This document shows, piece by piece, positions 9,401 through 17,159 of a DNA stretch of 56,542 bases. This DNA comes from a virus: IMG/VR virus record IMGVR_UViG_3300045988_107080, one strand, 5' to 3'. The notes below the pieces were generated by a model, which was given only the letters and a program-made list of their open reading frames with translations, searched no databases and was not told the origin of the DNA. Both the position numbers and the translations under genes were made by a program. Positions within the stretch are counted from its first letter, which is position 1. Each line of letters starts with the position of its first letter.

Positions 9401-10568
9401 TCTACACCCTCATTCAATAATTGCTATGAACTGCTTCGGTAAGTATACAAAAAACTTCAAGGATATTCTTGATGCTCGCATATTCATTAAGCATGGAGAT
9501 TTCGCAGATGCCAGAGAAATGCTTGACGGAAAGCTTGCCCCATATTTGGATGACGAGTCTACGGCTAAAGATCTTGCTCAGGCACTGAAGATAGCAATAA
9601 ACTCTGTCTATGGACTTACCGCTGCTAATTTTGATAATCCGTTCCGTGATATTCGTAATAAAAACAATATTGTCGCTCTTCGTGGCGCATTGTTTATGCG
9701 AACTCTCCAGGACGAAGTATCAAATCGCGGATTTACTGTAGCGCATATTAAGACAGATAGTATTAAAATTCCGAATGCAACTCCGGAGATCATAGACTTC
9801 TGTATGAAATTCGCTAACAAGTACGGCTATACTTTCGAACATGAGGCTACGTACGACAGGATGTGCCTCGTGAATGACGCAGTTTATATTGCTAAGTATA
9901 AAGACGGAAAGCATGCTGGCGAATGGACAGCCACAGGAACGCAGTTCCAGATCCCTTATGTATTCAAGACACTCTTTAGTAAAGAGCCTATTGCGTTTGA
10001 GGATACATGCGAAACTAAAGAAGTTAAGTCCGCTTTATATTTGGATATGAACGAAAACCTTCCAGACGGTGAACATAATTATCAGTTCATAGGTAAGGTC
10101 GGTCAGTTCTGCCCTATTAAACCTGGATGTGGCGGAGGCGAGCTTCTTCGAGAAGGCAAAGACAAGGATGGAAATGTCAAATATTCTTCTGCAACTGGAG
10201 CCAAGGGATATCGTTGGCTTGAGTCTGAGATGGTAAAAACTCTTGGCAAACAGGACAGTATTGACAAAACTTATTATAGCAAACTTGTCGATGCTGCTGT
10301 CGATACCATATCTAATTATGGAGACTTTGAATGGTTTGTTTCAAATGATCCGCTCCCCAATATAGAAGAGCCGCCTTGGATTAGAGCATGCGGTGCAGAA
10401 TCCTGCATAGGATGCCCAAATTTCAGAGATCAGGACATGACTCTTCAGAGTGATGGGACACCAAAGTTAACATGCGGAGCGGGCTATGATATTTCTGATT
10501 TGGTTCCGCTCAACGAAGATGATGATTCTTTCAAGAAAAGACAAAAATTGTATTTAAAAGGAGATTAA
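6495..10568 (+). CDS. fused replicase: SF3 (D5/P4-like) helicase, AEP prim-pol-like domain and family B DNA polymerase with 3'-5' exonuclease
   Basis: Walker A YGAAGTGKST (~7040-7063), with a downstream GTNKP...RRL pattern of P4-type primase-helicases. VIDFDIKD ... SKSGAGVHLHY (~8010-8130) resembles AEP motifs I and II. Exonuclease motifs FYDVEVF, FNCRRYDNHILY and YCDNDV. PolB motif A DIMSLHPHS, motif B KIAINSVYG, motif C IKTDS. Confidence 0.85.
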   Translation: MLDFMTVSTRNTRRGIVEIYPTFLMKKSSDLMIRGSDFYAVWDEERGLWSTEEQDALRMIDAELKKYAEEHRKNLESDTKVLYMWDADSGMIDKWHKYCQKQMRDNFHMLDEKLIFSNAKTNKKDYASKKLSYPLEKGDISAYNKLMSTLYSEEERHKIEWAIGSIVSGDSKKIQKFMVLYGAAGTGKSTILNIIQQLFEGYYSVFDAKALGSSNNSFALEAFKTNPLVAIQHDGDLSKIEDNTRLNSLVSHELMTVNEKFKSTYSSRFKCFLFMGTNKPVKITDGKSGLIRRLIDVSPTGNKLSAKEYKATTKQIAFELGAIAYHCQEVYLSDPGYYDDYIPIAMLGASNDFYNFIIDSYHVFKKEDGTTLKAAWEMYKTYCEEAKVPYPYSQRNFKEELKNYFWDFKERFTDDDGSRLRSYYSGFRTDKFEDGESEEKKEEPKTHLIKFDAAESIFDKECADCFAQYATSKETPTKQWDEVTSKLRDLNTRKLHYVRIPENHIVIDFDIKDENGNKSFERNVEEASKWPATYAELSKSGAGVHLHYIYTGDPTKLSRIYDDNIEIKVFTGKSSLRRKLTKCNDLPIATISSGLPLKGESKVINFEGVKSEKALRTIIKRNLNKEYHAATKPSIDFIYKTLEDAYSSGMKYDVSDLKNAVLAFGAGSTNKADYCIKLVNKMKFKSEEPSAPSDSSDANLIFYDVEVFPNLFLVNWKAAGEGNPVVRMINPTPTEIEDLMRFKLVGFNCRRYDNHILYARLMGYTNEQLYNLSQKIVMGSRNAFFGEAYNVSYTDVYDFAAKKQSLKKWEIELGIHHQELGLPWDQPVPEEMWTKVAEYCDNDVIATEEVFNHLKGDFTAREILANLAGMTVNDTTNSLTTRIIFGKERNPELVYTDLSETFPGYFFGTWKDYYNQYPEYIPNDKKIYEERLSDHTMRNLYRGTDLGFGGYVYAEPGMYVDLALLDIMSLHPHSIIAMNCFGKYTKNFKDILDARIFIKHGDFADAREMLDGKLAPYLDDESTAKDLAQALKIAINSVYGLTAANFDNPFRDIRNKNNIVALRGALFMRTLQDEVSNRGFTVAHIKTDSIKIPNATPEIIDFCMKFANKYGYTFEHEATYDRMCLVNDAVYIAKYKDGKHAGEWTATGTQFQIPYVFKTLFSKEPIAFEDTCETKEVKSALYLDMNENLPDGEHNYQFIGKVGQFCPIKPGCGGGELLREGKDKDGNVKYSSATGAKGYRWLESEMVKTLGKQDSIDKTYYSKLVDAAVDTISNYGDFEWFVSNDPLPNIEEPPWIRACGAESCIGCPNFRDQDMTLQSDGTPKLTCGAGYDISDLVPLNEDDDSFKKRQKLYLKGD

Positions 10569-10572
10569 AACT

Positions 10573-11061
10573 ATGAACATTACTTTTGCACCGAGAGGCA
10601 TTCTTCAGATCGATGATGCCATAATTATTTATCGTAACTTTTCTGGAGCTCCCTCAAAGTTTAACCGAGAGGGAGACCGTAACTTTGCATTGGTTATTCC
10701 TGACCAGGAAACTGCTGATCATCTGATTGCAGATGGCTGGAATGTAAAGATCAAATCTCGTGGCGAGGATGAGGATCCGTTTATGTTCCTTCCTGTTAAG
10801 ATTAAGTTTAATGACCGTGGACCGAATGTATATCTTAAGACCGGTTCAAGAGTTAATAAACTTGACGAGGAGAGTGTGTCTTGCCTGGACGACGTTGATA
10901 TTATGTCAGTTGATCTTGACATACGTCCTTATGACTGGGATGTCAATGGCAAATCAGGACGAACTGCATATTTGCAGTCGATAAGTGTTACACAGAATAT
11001 TGATCGTTTTGCTGCAAGATTTGCAGAAGAAGAGTGTCCTGGTGAAGACTGCCCGTTCTAA
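10573..11061 (+). CDS. gp2.5-like single-stranded DNA-binding protein (putative)
   Basis: Immediately downstream of the polymerase. Acidic C-terminal tail ending in Phe (RFAEEECPGEDCPF), as in T7 gp2.5. Overall pattern resembles DUF2815-type SSBs. Confidence 0.45.
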   Translation: MNITFAPRGILQIDDAIIIYRNFSGAPSKFNREGDRNFALVIPDQETADHLIADGWNVKIKSRGEDEDPFMFLPVKIKFNDRGPNVYLKTGSRVNKLDEESVSCLDDVDIMSVDLDIRPYDWDVNGKSGRTAYLQSISVTQNIDRFAARFAEEECPGEDCPF

Positions 11062-11090
11062 TACTAGGCATTTTCATGTATTACAATAAA

Positions 11091-11135
11091 GAGAAGCAGT
11101 AATGGACTTTACTACCATGCTGTTTCTCTTTTATA
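11091..11135 (+). terminator. intrinsic terminator
   Basis: GAGAAGCAG (11091-11099) pairs with CTGTTTCTC (11120-11128) with one G-U, followed by TTTTATATTTTT. Confidence 0.55.
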
Positions 11136-11157
11136 TTTTTGAATTGGAGGCATACAA

Positions 11158-12102
11158 TTGAAAACATGGCAGGAAGCGGCGCTGGAATACGCTGCACAAG
11201 GGCTTAGACCTTGCGATGCAACTAGGAAGATAGAATCCGAATTGGGTCTTACTAACATGTACAACAAAGTTCAAAAGTACATGAAAAAACACGCAGATGC
11301 AGCGTCTAAGCATGAAGAAAAAAGAGCTGTTATTCAGAACCAAGAGCCAAGTTATCACTTGAGCAATTGGGGCGGAACTAAGACTATAAAGTTCGGTCTT
11401 ATGGGTGATACTCAGATCGGAAGTAAGTATACTCAGCTTACATGGCTTAATGTATATTATGACTATGCTAAATCACTTGGCATAAAAGATATTTATCATA
11501 CAGGCGACATTACGGACGGTCTTAAGATGAGGCCTGGTCACGAGTACGAATTGTATGAAATATCTGCTGATGAGATGAGAGACGATGTTGTAAAGAATTA
11601 TCCGAAACGTGATGGCATTACGACTCATTTTATTACAGGCAACCACGACGCAAGTATATATAAGCATGTCGGCTATGATATTGGTCAGGCTATAGCTAAC
11701 CTTAGACCCGACCTGGATTATCTTGGAAGAGACTGCGCTCTTGTGGAGTTGACTCCGCATTGCATACTTGAACTCAGGCATCCTTGGGACGGAACAGCTT
11801 ATGCTTTGAGCTATAAAGTTCAGAAGATGGTTGAGGCAATGGAGAGTGATTCAAAGCCGAATATTTTGGCAGTTGGTCACTATCATAAAGCCGAATATTT
11901 ATTCTATAGGAATGTTCACGTCTTTCAGACGGGTTGTTTCCAGTCTCAGACTCCATTCACAAGAGGCAAGGGAATCTCGGTACATATCGGTGGCTGGTTC
12001 ATCGAGGCTACAGTGGCTACGGACGGAACTATATTAATGATCAAACCTACATTCGTACCTTTTTATAACTCAATTAAGGACGATTATAAAAATTTTAAAT
12101 AA
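11158..12102 (+). CDS. calcineurin-like metallophosphoesterase (Mre11/SbcD-like nuclease candidate)
   Basis: TTG start after GGAGG. Motifs GDTQIG, HTGDITDG, GNHD and GHYH appear in canonical order. Confidence 0.75.
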   Translation: MKTWQEAALEYAAQGLRPCDATRKIESELGLTNMYNKVQKYMKKHADAASKHEEKRAVIQNQEPSYHLSNWGGTKTIKFGLMGDTQIGSKYTQLTWLNVYYDYAKSLGIKDIYHTGDITDGLKMRPGHEYELYEISADEMRDDVVKNYPKRDGITTHFITGNHDASIYKHVGYDIGQAIANLRPDLDYLGRDCALVELTPHCILELRHPWDGTAYALSYKVQKMVEAMESDSKPNILAVGHYHKAEYLFYRNVHVFQTGCFQSQTPFTRGKGISVHIGGWFIEATVATDGTILMIKPTFVPFYNSIKDDYKNFK

Positions 12103-12122
12103 TTTTAAGGAGGAAGCAAACA

Positions 12123-12557
12123 ATGAGGTATAACGATTACGAAGTAAATTATGTACCTTATAGTGATATCTATAACAGAATTGCATCTGACACACGAGCC
12201 GCAATTAAAAACGGAAGTTATATCAAAGATCCATCTCCAAAACAGAAGGCAATGAATTCTATAACTAAGGTCATATTTAACAATCCTGTAACAATAGTTA
12301 TTTGGTCTGACGGAACAAAGACTGTAGTCAAATGCGACGAAAGAGATGAATTTGATCCCGAGAAGGGACTTGCCATGGCAATTTGTAAGAAGCATTTTGG
12401 CGGTGGATTTTATAATGATATTTTTAAAAAGTGGATTCCTAAAGAAGAAACTCCTGAGATCGAAATCGATGGCCAGATAACGATGGACGACATATCTGAA
12501 AAATTCGAAAAACTTGCTAAAGCGGCTAAATCCATGTTCGGTCCATGGGATGACTAA
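12123..12557 (+). CDS. hypothetical phage protein
   Basis: RBS AAGGAGG. Conserved-looking core TIVIWSDGTKTVVKCDERDEFDPEKGLAMAICKK. Confidence 0.5.
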   Translation: MRYNDYEVNYVPYSDIYNRIASDTRAAIKNGSYIKDPSPKQKAMNSITKVIFNNPVTIVIWSDGTKTVVKCDERDEFDPEKGLAMAICKKHFGGGFYNDIFKKWIPKEETPEIEIDGQITMDDISEKFEKLAKAAKSMFGPWDD

Positions 12558-12559
12558 TT

Positions 12560-13768
12560 ATGGAAGACTTCCTTCGTGATTATCAAAGGGATGCAGTTGA
12601 AAGGATGCATAACGGCTGCATTTTAAATGGCGGAGTTGGTAGTGGTAAAAGTAGGACCGGATTATATTACTACTTTAAAGAGCAAGGTGGCAGTATTGAT
12701 CCGGACTACATCCCCATGAAGAATCCAAAAGATCTTTATATTATCACAACTGCCATGAAGCGTGACTCACTCGAATGGGAGGGAGAATTAGCTAATTTCC
12801 TAATCTCAAAAAATCCCGAGGTGAGTTTTTACAAAAACAAGATCATAATTGACAGCTGGAATAATATCCAAAAGTATAAAGGCGTGTATGATGCGTTCTT
12901 TATATTTGATGAAGATCGATTGACCGGTAAAGGTAAGTGGGTAAAAGCATTCTGGGATATTGCTAGAAAGAACGACTGGATTATCCTATCGGCAACACCA
13001 GGAGATACTTGGGAGCAATATTTTCCTGTGTTTAAGGCTAACGGATTCTACAAAACAAAAAGAGAATTCGAGCACGAGCATGTTGTATATTCTCCATATT
13101 CAAAGTATCCAAAGATCGATCGGTATATTAATACTGGCCGTCTAATTCGATTAAGGAATCAGATTCTTATTGACATGGACTTCTCTAGACAGACTATTCC
13201 GCATCATGAAGATATTTATGTTAGCTATGATATTTCAAAGTATAAGGAAGCTGTAAGGACTCGCTGGGATCCTTTTAAGAACGAACCTATCCAGCAAGCT
13301 TCTGGTCTTTGCTATGTTCTGAGAAGGATTGTTAACTCAGATGATTCCAGACAAATAGCTGTCATGGAACTGGCCGAGAAGCATCCTAAAATGATCATAT
13401 TTTATAACTTCGATTATGAACTTGATATTTTGAAAGGAATCTATTATGGAGAAAAAGTTCAAATCGCAGAATGGAACGGGCATGCACACCAACCTATCCC
13501 TACTAGCAAACGATGGGTGTATCTTGTGCAGTATACCGCTGGCGCCGAAGGTTGGAATTGCATCAAGACCGACACAATCGTATTTTACTCGCAGAATTAC
13601 AGCTATAAAGTCATGGCTCAGTCAGCCGGTAGAATAGATAGGCTCAATACTCCTTACACCGACTTATATTACTATCACTTGAAGTCAAGAAGCGGAATAG
13701 ATCTTGCTATCAGCAAGGCTTTAAGTCAAAAGAAAAAATTCAATGAGTCAAGGTGGGTCAAATGGTAA
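12560..13768 (+). CDS. SF2 (SNF2/DEAD-like) helicase
   Basis: DYQRDAV, Walker A GGVGSGKSRTG, Walker B FIFDEDR, SAT motif, motif VI QSAGRIDR. Confidence 0.75.
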   Translation: MEDFLRDYQRDAVERMHNGCILNGGVGSGKSRTGLYYYFKEQGGSIDPDYIPMKNPKDLYIITTAMKRDSLEWEGELANFLISKNPEVSFYKNKIIIDSWNNIQKYKGVYDAFFIFDEDRLTGKGKWVKAFWDIARKNDWIILSATPGDTWEQYFPVFKANGFYKTKREFEHEHVVYSPYSKYPKIDRYINTGRLIRLRNQILIDMDFSRQTIPHHEDIYVSYDISKYKEAVRTRWDPFKNEPIQQASGLCYVLRRIVNSDDSRQIAVMELAEKHPKMIIFYNFDYELDILKGIYYGEKVQIAEWNGHAHQPIPTSKRWVYLVQYTAGAEGWNCIKTDTIVFYSQNYSYKVMAQSAGRIDRLNTPYTDLYYYHLKSRSGIDLAISKALSQKKKFNESRWVKW

Positions 13769-13953
13769 TGTGTAAAGTAAGCATTCGAACTCGATCTAAG
13801 ATATTTTTCGGTAATGCCGATGGTACTAGAGCTGATGTGCTGTTCAACAATTGGCTAGAAGAACATCCTGATATTTTAATCAGAGAGTTTAGATACCAGC
13901 AGGCTAGATATGGTGATCACTCGATAGCTATATTGTACGAAGAGTATGAATGA
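13762..13953 (+). CDS. hypothetical protein (start uncertain: 13753, 13762 or 13768)
   Basis: Overlaps the helicase stop. AAGGTGG lies 6 nt upstream of the ATG at 13762. Confidence 0.4.
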   Translation: MVMCKVSIRTRSKIFFGNADGTRADVLFNNWLEEHPDILIREFRYQQARYGDHSIAILYEEYE

Positions 13954-13954
13954 G

Positions 13955-13988
13955 TTCGCGTAAAAAACATTCTCCTTTATGAAAGGAG
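13955..13988 (+). promoter_or_regulatory. conserved bipartite promoter-like motif, copy E
   Basis: TTCGCGTAAA-AAACATTCTCCT-TTATGAAAGGAG. The GGAG serves as RBS for the ATG at 13999. Confidence 0.5.
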
Positions 13989-13998
13989 ACGATTAAAA

Positions 13999-14271
13999 AT
14001 GCAAATCGTTATTTATGGAATCGGCGGACCGGAAGACAACTATAGAGTATTGAGGTATCGAGTAATCGATCAGGAGTTTATATCTATAGCCATTGTCAAA
14101 AACTTTGCTGAGATGATGAGGGACGAATACCCTAGCATCCAGGAGATATATGCAATGGACAACAGATGGGGACTCAGGAAAGATTGCACCGAGGCATTCA
14201 AGAAAAATTCTATGGCTGGATGGATCGAGTTCAAAGATTTGATAGAACGAGAAGGACTTAAGATCATCTAA
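13999..14271 (+). CDS. hypothetical protein
   Basis: The RBS is supplied by motif copy E. Clean 90-aa ORF. Confidence 0.55.
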   Translation: MQIVIYGIGGPEDNYRVLRYRVIDQEFISIAIVKNFAEMMRDEYPSIQEIYAMDNRWGLRKDCTEAFKKNSMAGWIEFKDLIEREGLKII

Positions 14272-14286
14272 TTACATAAAAAGTTT

Positions 14287-14320
14287 AAGACTCAATGGAA
14301 ACATTGGGTCTTTTACTTTT
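14287..14320 (+). terminator. intrinsic terminator
   Basis: AAGACTCAA (14287-14295) pairs with TTGGGTCTT (14304-14312) with one U-G, then a T-run and TTTTATATTTT. Confidence 0.65.
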
Positions 14321-14342
14321 ATATTTTAAGGAGGAAGCAGAC

Positions 14343-14507
14343 ATGTCAGACTATTCAAAATTCGAGACCGTCGCAAAAATTCAAGAAATACTTGAGGAAT
14401 CCGGACTTTATTGGTCATGTTCGTATTCACCTAGTAACGATTCATATAGCATATTTATTTGCGACGAAGACGGAGAAATAATTTCGAGGGGGTTAAATAA
14501 TGAATGA
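14343..14507 (+). CDS. hypothetical small protein
   Basis: Track ORF 14295 was trimmed because its first codons lie inside the terminator hairpin. AAGGAGGAAGCAGACATG gives the start at 14343. Confidence 0.5.
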   Translation: MSDYSKFETVAKIQEILEESGLYWSCSYSPSNDSYSIFICDEDGEIISRGLNNE

Positions 14508-14901
14508 GTACAAACTTAAAATCTATTACGCCCATCATCAGTGGAAGTACGGAACTAAGATCGAGGATTATGAACTCAGTCTTATACAATCATATTTTCC
14601 TAATGCAACGATATTTAATCCTTCTGCCGATCTCAACGTTGAAGGAAAAAGCGAAGACGAGATAATGAACATATGTCTCAATCAAATAAAGATATCCGAC
14701 ATGGTTGTATTTAGCAGTATGGACGGACTTGTCGGTATAGGCGTATTTAAAGAAGTAACACACGCTAAAGATCTCGGAATGCCCGTATATTACATATATA
14801 AAGACGAGCTCCGATATGACTTCGATATAACTGCTAATTGGAAATCTAATGGAAACGACCGAACATTTGGTCGTGTAGATCTTTTGGATATTAATCGATA
14901 A
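14500..14901 (+). CDS. nucleoside 2-deoxyribosyltransferase-like / DUF4406-like protein (tentative)
   Basis: KIYYAHH...IFNPS...SDMVVFSS..G.VGIGVFKEVTHAKDLGMPVYYI resembles the Rossmann-like NDT family pattern. Assigned by eye only. Confidence 0.3.
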   Translation: MNEYKLKIYYAHHQWKYGTKIEDYELSLIQSYFPNATIFNPSADLNVEGKSEDEIMNICLNQIKISDMVVFSSMDGLVGIGVFKEVTHAKDLGMPVYYIYKDELRYDFDITANWKSNGNDRTFGRVDLLDINR

Positions 14902-14915
14902 GGAGGAAGTAAACT

Positions 14916-15065
14916 ATGCAAACAATTGTATATTTCACAAAGGAAGAAATTCTTGATCTTAAGAACGGCAAAGAGGTTAAGATGCATGGAACGTTGCCTA
15001 ACGGACGAAGAAATGACTTTATATTTAAAGGAGATTTTGTCGATGAGAAAGCGAAAAGCAATTAA
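14916..15065 (+). CDS. small hypothetical protein (49 aa, below the track cutoff)
   Basis: AAGGAGGAAGTAAACTATG. Translates to MQTIVYFTKEEILDLKNGKEVKMHGTLPNGRRNDFIFKGDFVDEKAKSN. Confidence 0.4.
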   Translation: MQTIVYFTKEEILDLKNGKEVKMHGTLPNGRRNDFIFKGDFVDEKAKSN

Positions 15066-15387
15066 AATTGGGCAAAAAGTTATATTTGATCCGTTACAAT
15101 ATGGTATATGCTACATACCATGCTCGGCTCCGGAATACGTAATAGGAATTATAACAGAAATTTATGACGATCATCGATGGTTTTTAGTTGAATACGAAAC
15201 ACCAAGAAACGGTACTCTAAAAATGGGATTTAAATTTGATGATTTCGGTTTTAGAGGAAAAAATCGCAATTCAGTTGTTATTCCAATAAACAGTAGACGT
15301 GAAGAACTCATAATGAGGCATTATGTATATCACGGAGATCTTGCTCAATACTACATTTCTAAGAAAATTTCTATGAAAGGAAACTGA
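15043..15387 (+). CDS. hypothetical protein
   Basis: Track ORF 14926 was trimmed to the ATG after AAAGGAG (MRKRKAIKIGQKVIFDP...). Confidence 0.5.
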   Translation: MRKRKAIKIGQKVIFDPLQYGICYIPCSAPEYVIGIITEIYDDHRWFLVEYETPRNGTLKMGFKFDDFGFRGKNRNSVVIPINSRREELIMRHYVYHGDLAQYYISKKISMKGN

Positions 15388-15392
15388 TATTC

Positions 15393-15557
15393 ATGTTTAC
15401 TCAAATGTTTTTAGATCTTCTTGCCATTGTTGGGATTGTCATTCTCCTTGGCATAGGAATTATAGTTGCTATTGCAGTTATGACAGCGATAATCTTAACG
15501 GTAAACGCTGTTAAATCTGTTTTGCATGAAATTAAGGAGGAAACCAAGCATGAATGA
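15393..15557 (+). CDS. small hydrophobic membrane peptide (54 aa)
   Basis: Hand translation: MFTQMFLDLLAIVGIVILLGIGIIVAIAVMTAIILTVNAVKSVLHEIKEETKHE. It fits the + strand gene flow better than the antisense track ORF 15401-15667. Confidence 0.4.
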   Translation: MFTQMFLDLLAIVGIVILLGIGIIVAIAVMTAIILTVNAVKSVLHEIKEETKHE

Positions 15558-15717
15558 AGATGGAATGAAAGAAGTATATTTCGGCATATATTGCAAGACT
15601 TGCAAATATTTTGATATGGATGAAAATTCGCTTGATAGTCCTTGCGATGAATGCCTAAGTTACTCAAGCAATCTATATTCTCATAAACCTGTTAAATACA
15701 AAGAGGAGGAAAAGTAA
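15550..15717 (+). CDS. small zinc-ribbon-like protein
   Basis: AAGGAGGAAACCAAGCATG. Contains CKTCKYF...CDEC. Confidence 0.5.
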   Translation: MNEDGMKEVYFGIYCKTCKYFDMDENSLDSPCDECLSYSSNLYSHKPVKYKEEEK

Positions 15718-15957
15718 ATGGAAGACGATAACATGTTTCGCATAGATGCAGATAAAGATGCGCTTACTGAGATGCTAAAATTCAAAGCTTATATCGAACT
15801 GTTTTCATTATTTTGTCCAGAAGACGATTCGAACTTTAGAAAATTAAAAGCATGTCTAATGATATTTATGGAGCATGGAATACCTCTTAATACCGGTATC
15901 GATATATTAAAAGAGATGGTAGAAAAGATGAACAAGATAGATGAGGAGGAAAAGTAA
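15718..15957 (+). CDS. hypothetical protein
   Basis: TAAATG junction with GAGGAGG upstream. Confidence 0.5.
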   Translation: MEDDNMFRIDADKDALTEMLKFKAYIELFSLFCPEDDSNFRKLKACLMIFMEHGIPLNTGIDILKEMVEKMNKIDEEEK

Positions 15958-16305
15958 ATGGAAGACAGATGCATATCTTGTGGAGCGGTTGTTCCAGAGG
16001 GAACTATGGTTTGCCCGACATGCGAATACGAAGCTAAACATATTCAGGAAGAGTCTGCAGAGCATATGTCTGAAACAGAATCAAAAACACATAAACGTCT
16101 CGTTGAACTTGTAAAAGCTGCTGGTAGGCATCTGATTAATAATGCAGATAACATTGTCGGAGTTGACGATTTGATAACTGCTTTGTCAATTAATGTTGAT
16201 TTCTTTGTTGAAAGTTCGGATCCCACATTTCCGACAATCTCTGTTACTAGAGAGCATGCTTCAAGAGAGTTTATGTACGTATACGAAAATAAAGAATTAT
16301 TTTAA
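15958..16305 (+). CDS. hypothetical protein with N-terminal zinc ribbon
   Basis: CISCGAVVPEGTMVCPTCEY. TAAATG junction with GAGGAGG upstream. Confidence 0.5.
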   Translation: MEDRCISCGAVVPEGTMVCPTCEYEAKHIQEESAEHMSETESKTHKRLVELVKAAGRHLINNADNIVGVDDLITALSINVDFFVESSDPTFPTISVTREHASREFMYVYENKELF

Positions 16306-16319
16306 GGAGATATAAAACT

Positions 16320-16955
16320 ATGAAAAAGTTAAAGCTTAGAGACCAAGAAATAATTAAGGACACTCTTTCGGTAATCCTTTGTATGGCTATATTTTGCTTA
16401 TGTGCGCTTCAGTTTAATGTTGTAAATGCAAAGGCTATGGAGGCTACGCAAGGTGTTGGAATTCCCTATGTAACAAGAGTAGATATTCCTATCGACGATC
16501 CAGAACCTTCTGTTATATTTGAAGAGGATGTTGTAGAAAAACCAAAAGAAGAAATTGATGAGACATCCGATATTTCTGAAGAGGCTATAGAGAGCGGTCC
16601 GAGGTTTTATTTGTCCGACTACGAACGTTCAGAGCTTGAGTCACTTGTAATGGCTGAGTCTGGTGCAGAGTCTTATGAAGGACAAATGGGCGTTGCTCAG
16701 TGTATTTTAAATGCTTGCGAAAAAGAGAATAAGCAGCCCAGTGAGATCGCCATAATGTATCGCTATACGAAACATAGGCCAGCTCCGAACGAAAGCGTTA
16801 AAGAGGCCGTTCGTGCTGTATTCGATAGAGGTGAAGTAATTACGGATGCTAAAATTCTTTATTTTTATGCGCCGGCTCTCGTTTACAGTGCTTGGCATGA
16901 GTCGCAGACATATGTACTTACTGTCGGTGGTCACAAATTCTTTGCGGAGGCTTAA
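16320..16955 (+). CDS. exported SleB-like cell wall hydrolase (Hydrolase_2-like)
   Basis: N-terminal signal/TM LSVILCMAIFCLCALQFNVVNA. LESLVMAESGAESYEGQMGVAQCILNA resembles the SleB-family core. Confidence 0.55.
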   Translation: MKKLKLRDQEIIKDTLSVILCMAIFCLCALQFNVVNAKAMEATQGVGIPYVTRVDIPIDDPEPSVIFEEDVVEKPKEEIDETSDISEEAIESGPRFYLSDYERSELESLVMAESGAESYEGQMGVAQCILNACEKENKQPSEIAIMYRYTKHRPAPNESVKEAVRAVFDRGEVITDAKILYFYAPALVYSAWHESQTYVLTVGGHKFFAEA

Positions 16956-16961
16956 AATAAA

Positions 16962-17147
16962 ATGGATATGAGCATGGAATTTATTATAAGAACAGTTCTT
17001 GAATCGCTGTTAGTTATTTTACTAATCATCGGATTCATTCGTGAGAGAAAGTTGATAAATTACGAAATTATGATACATCAACGTTTGATACAGGTTGTCA
17101 AATATTGCCAAGAAATACTTTCTAAATTTTATTATAACAAATTATAA
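16962..17147 (+). CDS. small membrane protein
   Basis: TM LESLLVILLIIGFI. GCGGAGG lies 11 nt upstream. Confidence 0.4.
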   Translation: MDMSMEFIIRTVLESLLVILLIIGFIRERKLINYEIMIHQRLIQVVKYCQEILSKFYYNKL

Positions 17148-17159
17148 GGAGAAAGCAAA

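Noticed and set aside
14295-14342. N-terminal extensions of track ORFs (for example 14295, 17807, 18109, 18457, 19159, 20747, 32125, 33854, 36787, 39472, 52025)
   Set aside because: The extensions run through terminator hairpins, promoter-like motifs or upstream genes and lack RBSs. In each case an internal ATG, GTG or TTG with an AGGAGG-type RBS 6-12 nt upstream gives a cleaner start.
15401-15667. 88-aa minus-strand ORF between 15387 and 15550
   Set aside because: The + strand offers a 54-aa hydrophobic peptide and the Zn-ribbon gene, both with RBSs. The antisense ORF has no RBS and would be the only such interruption here.
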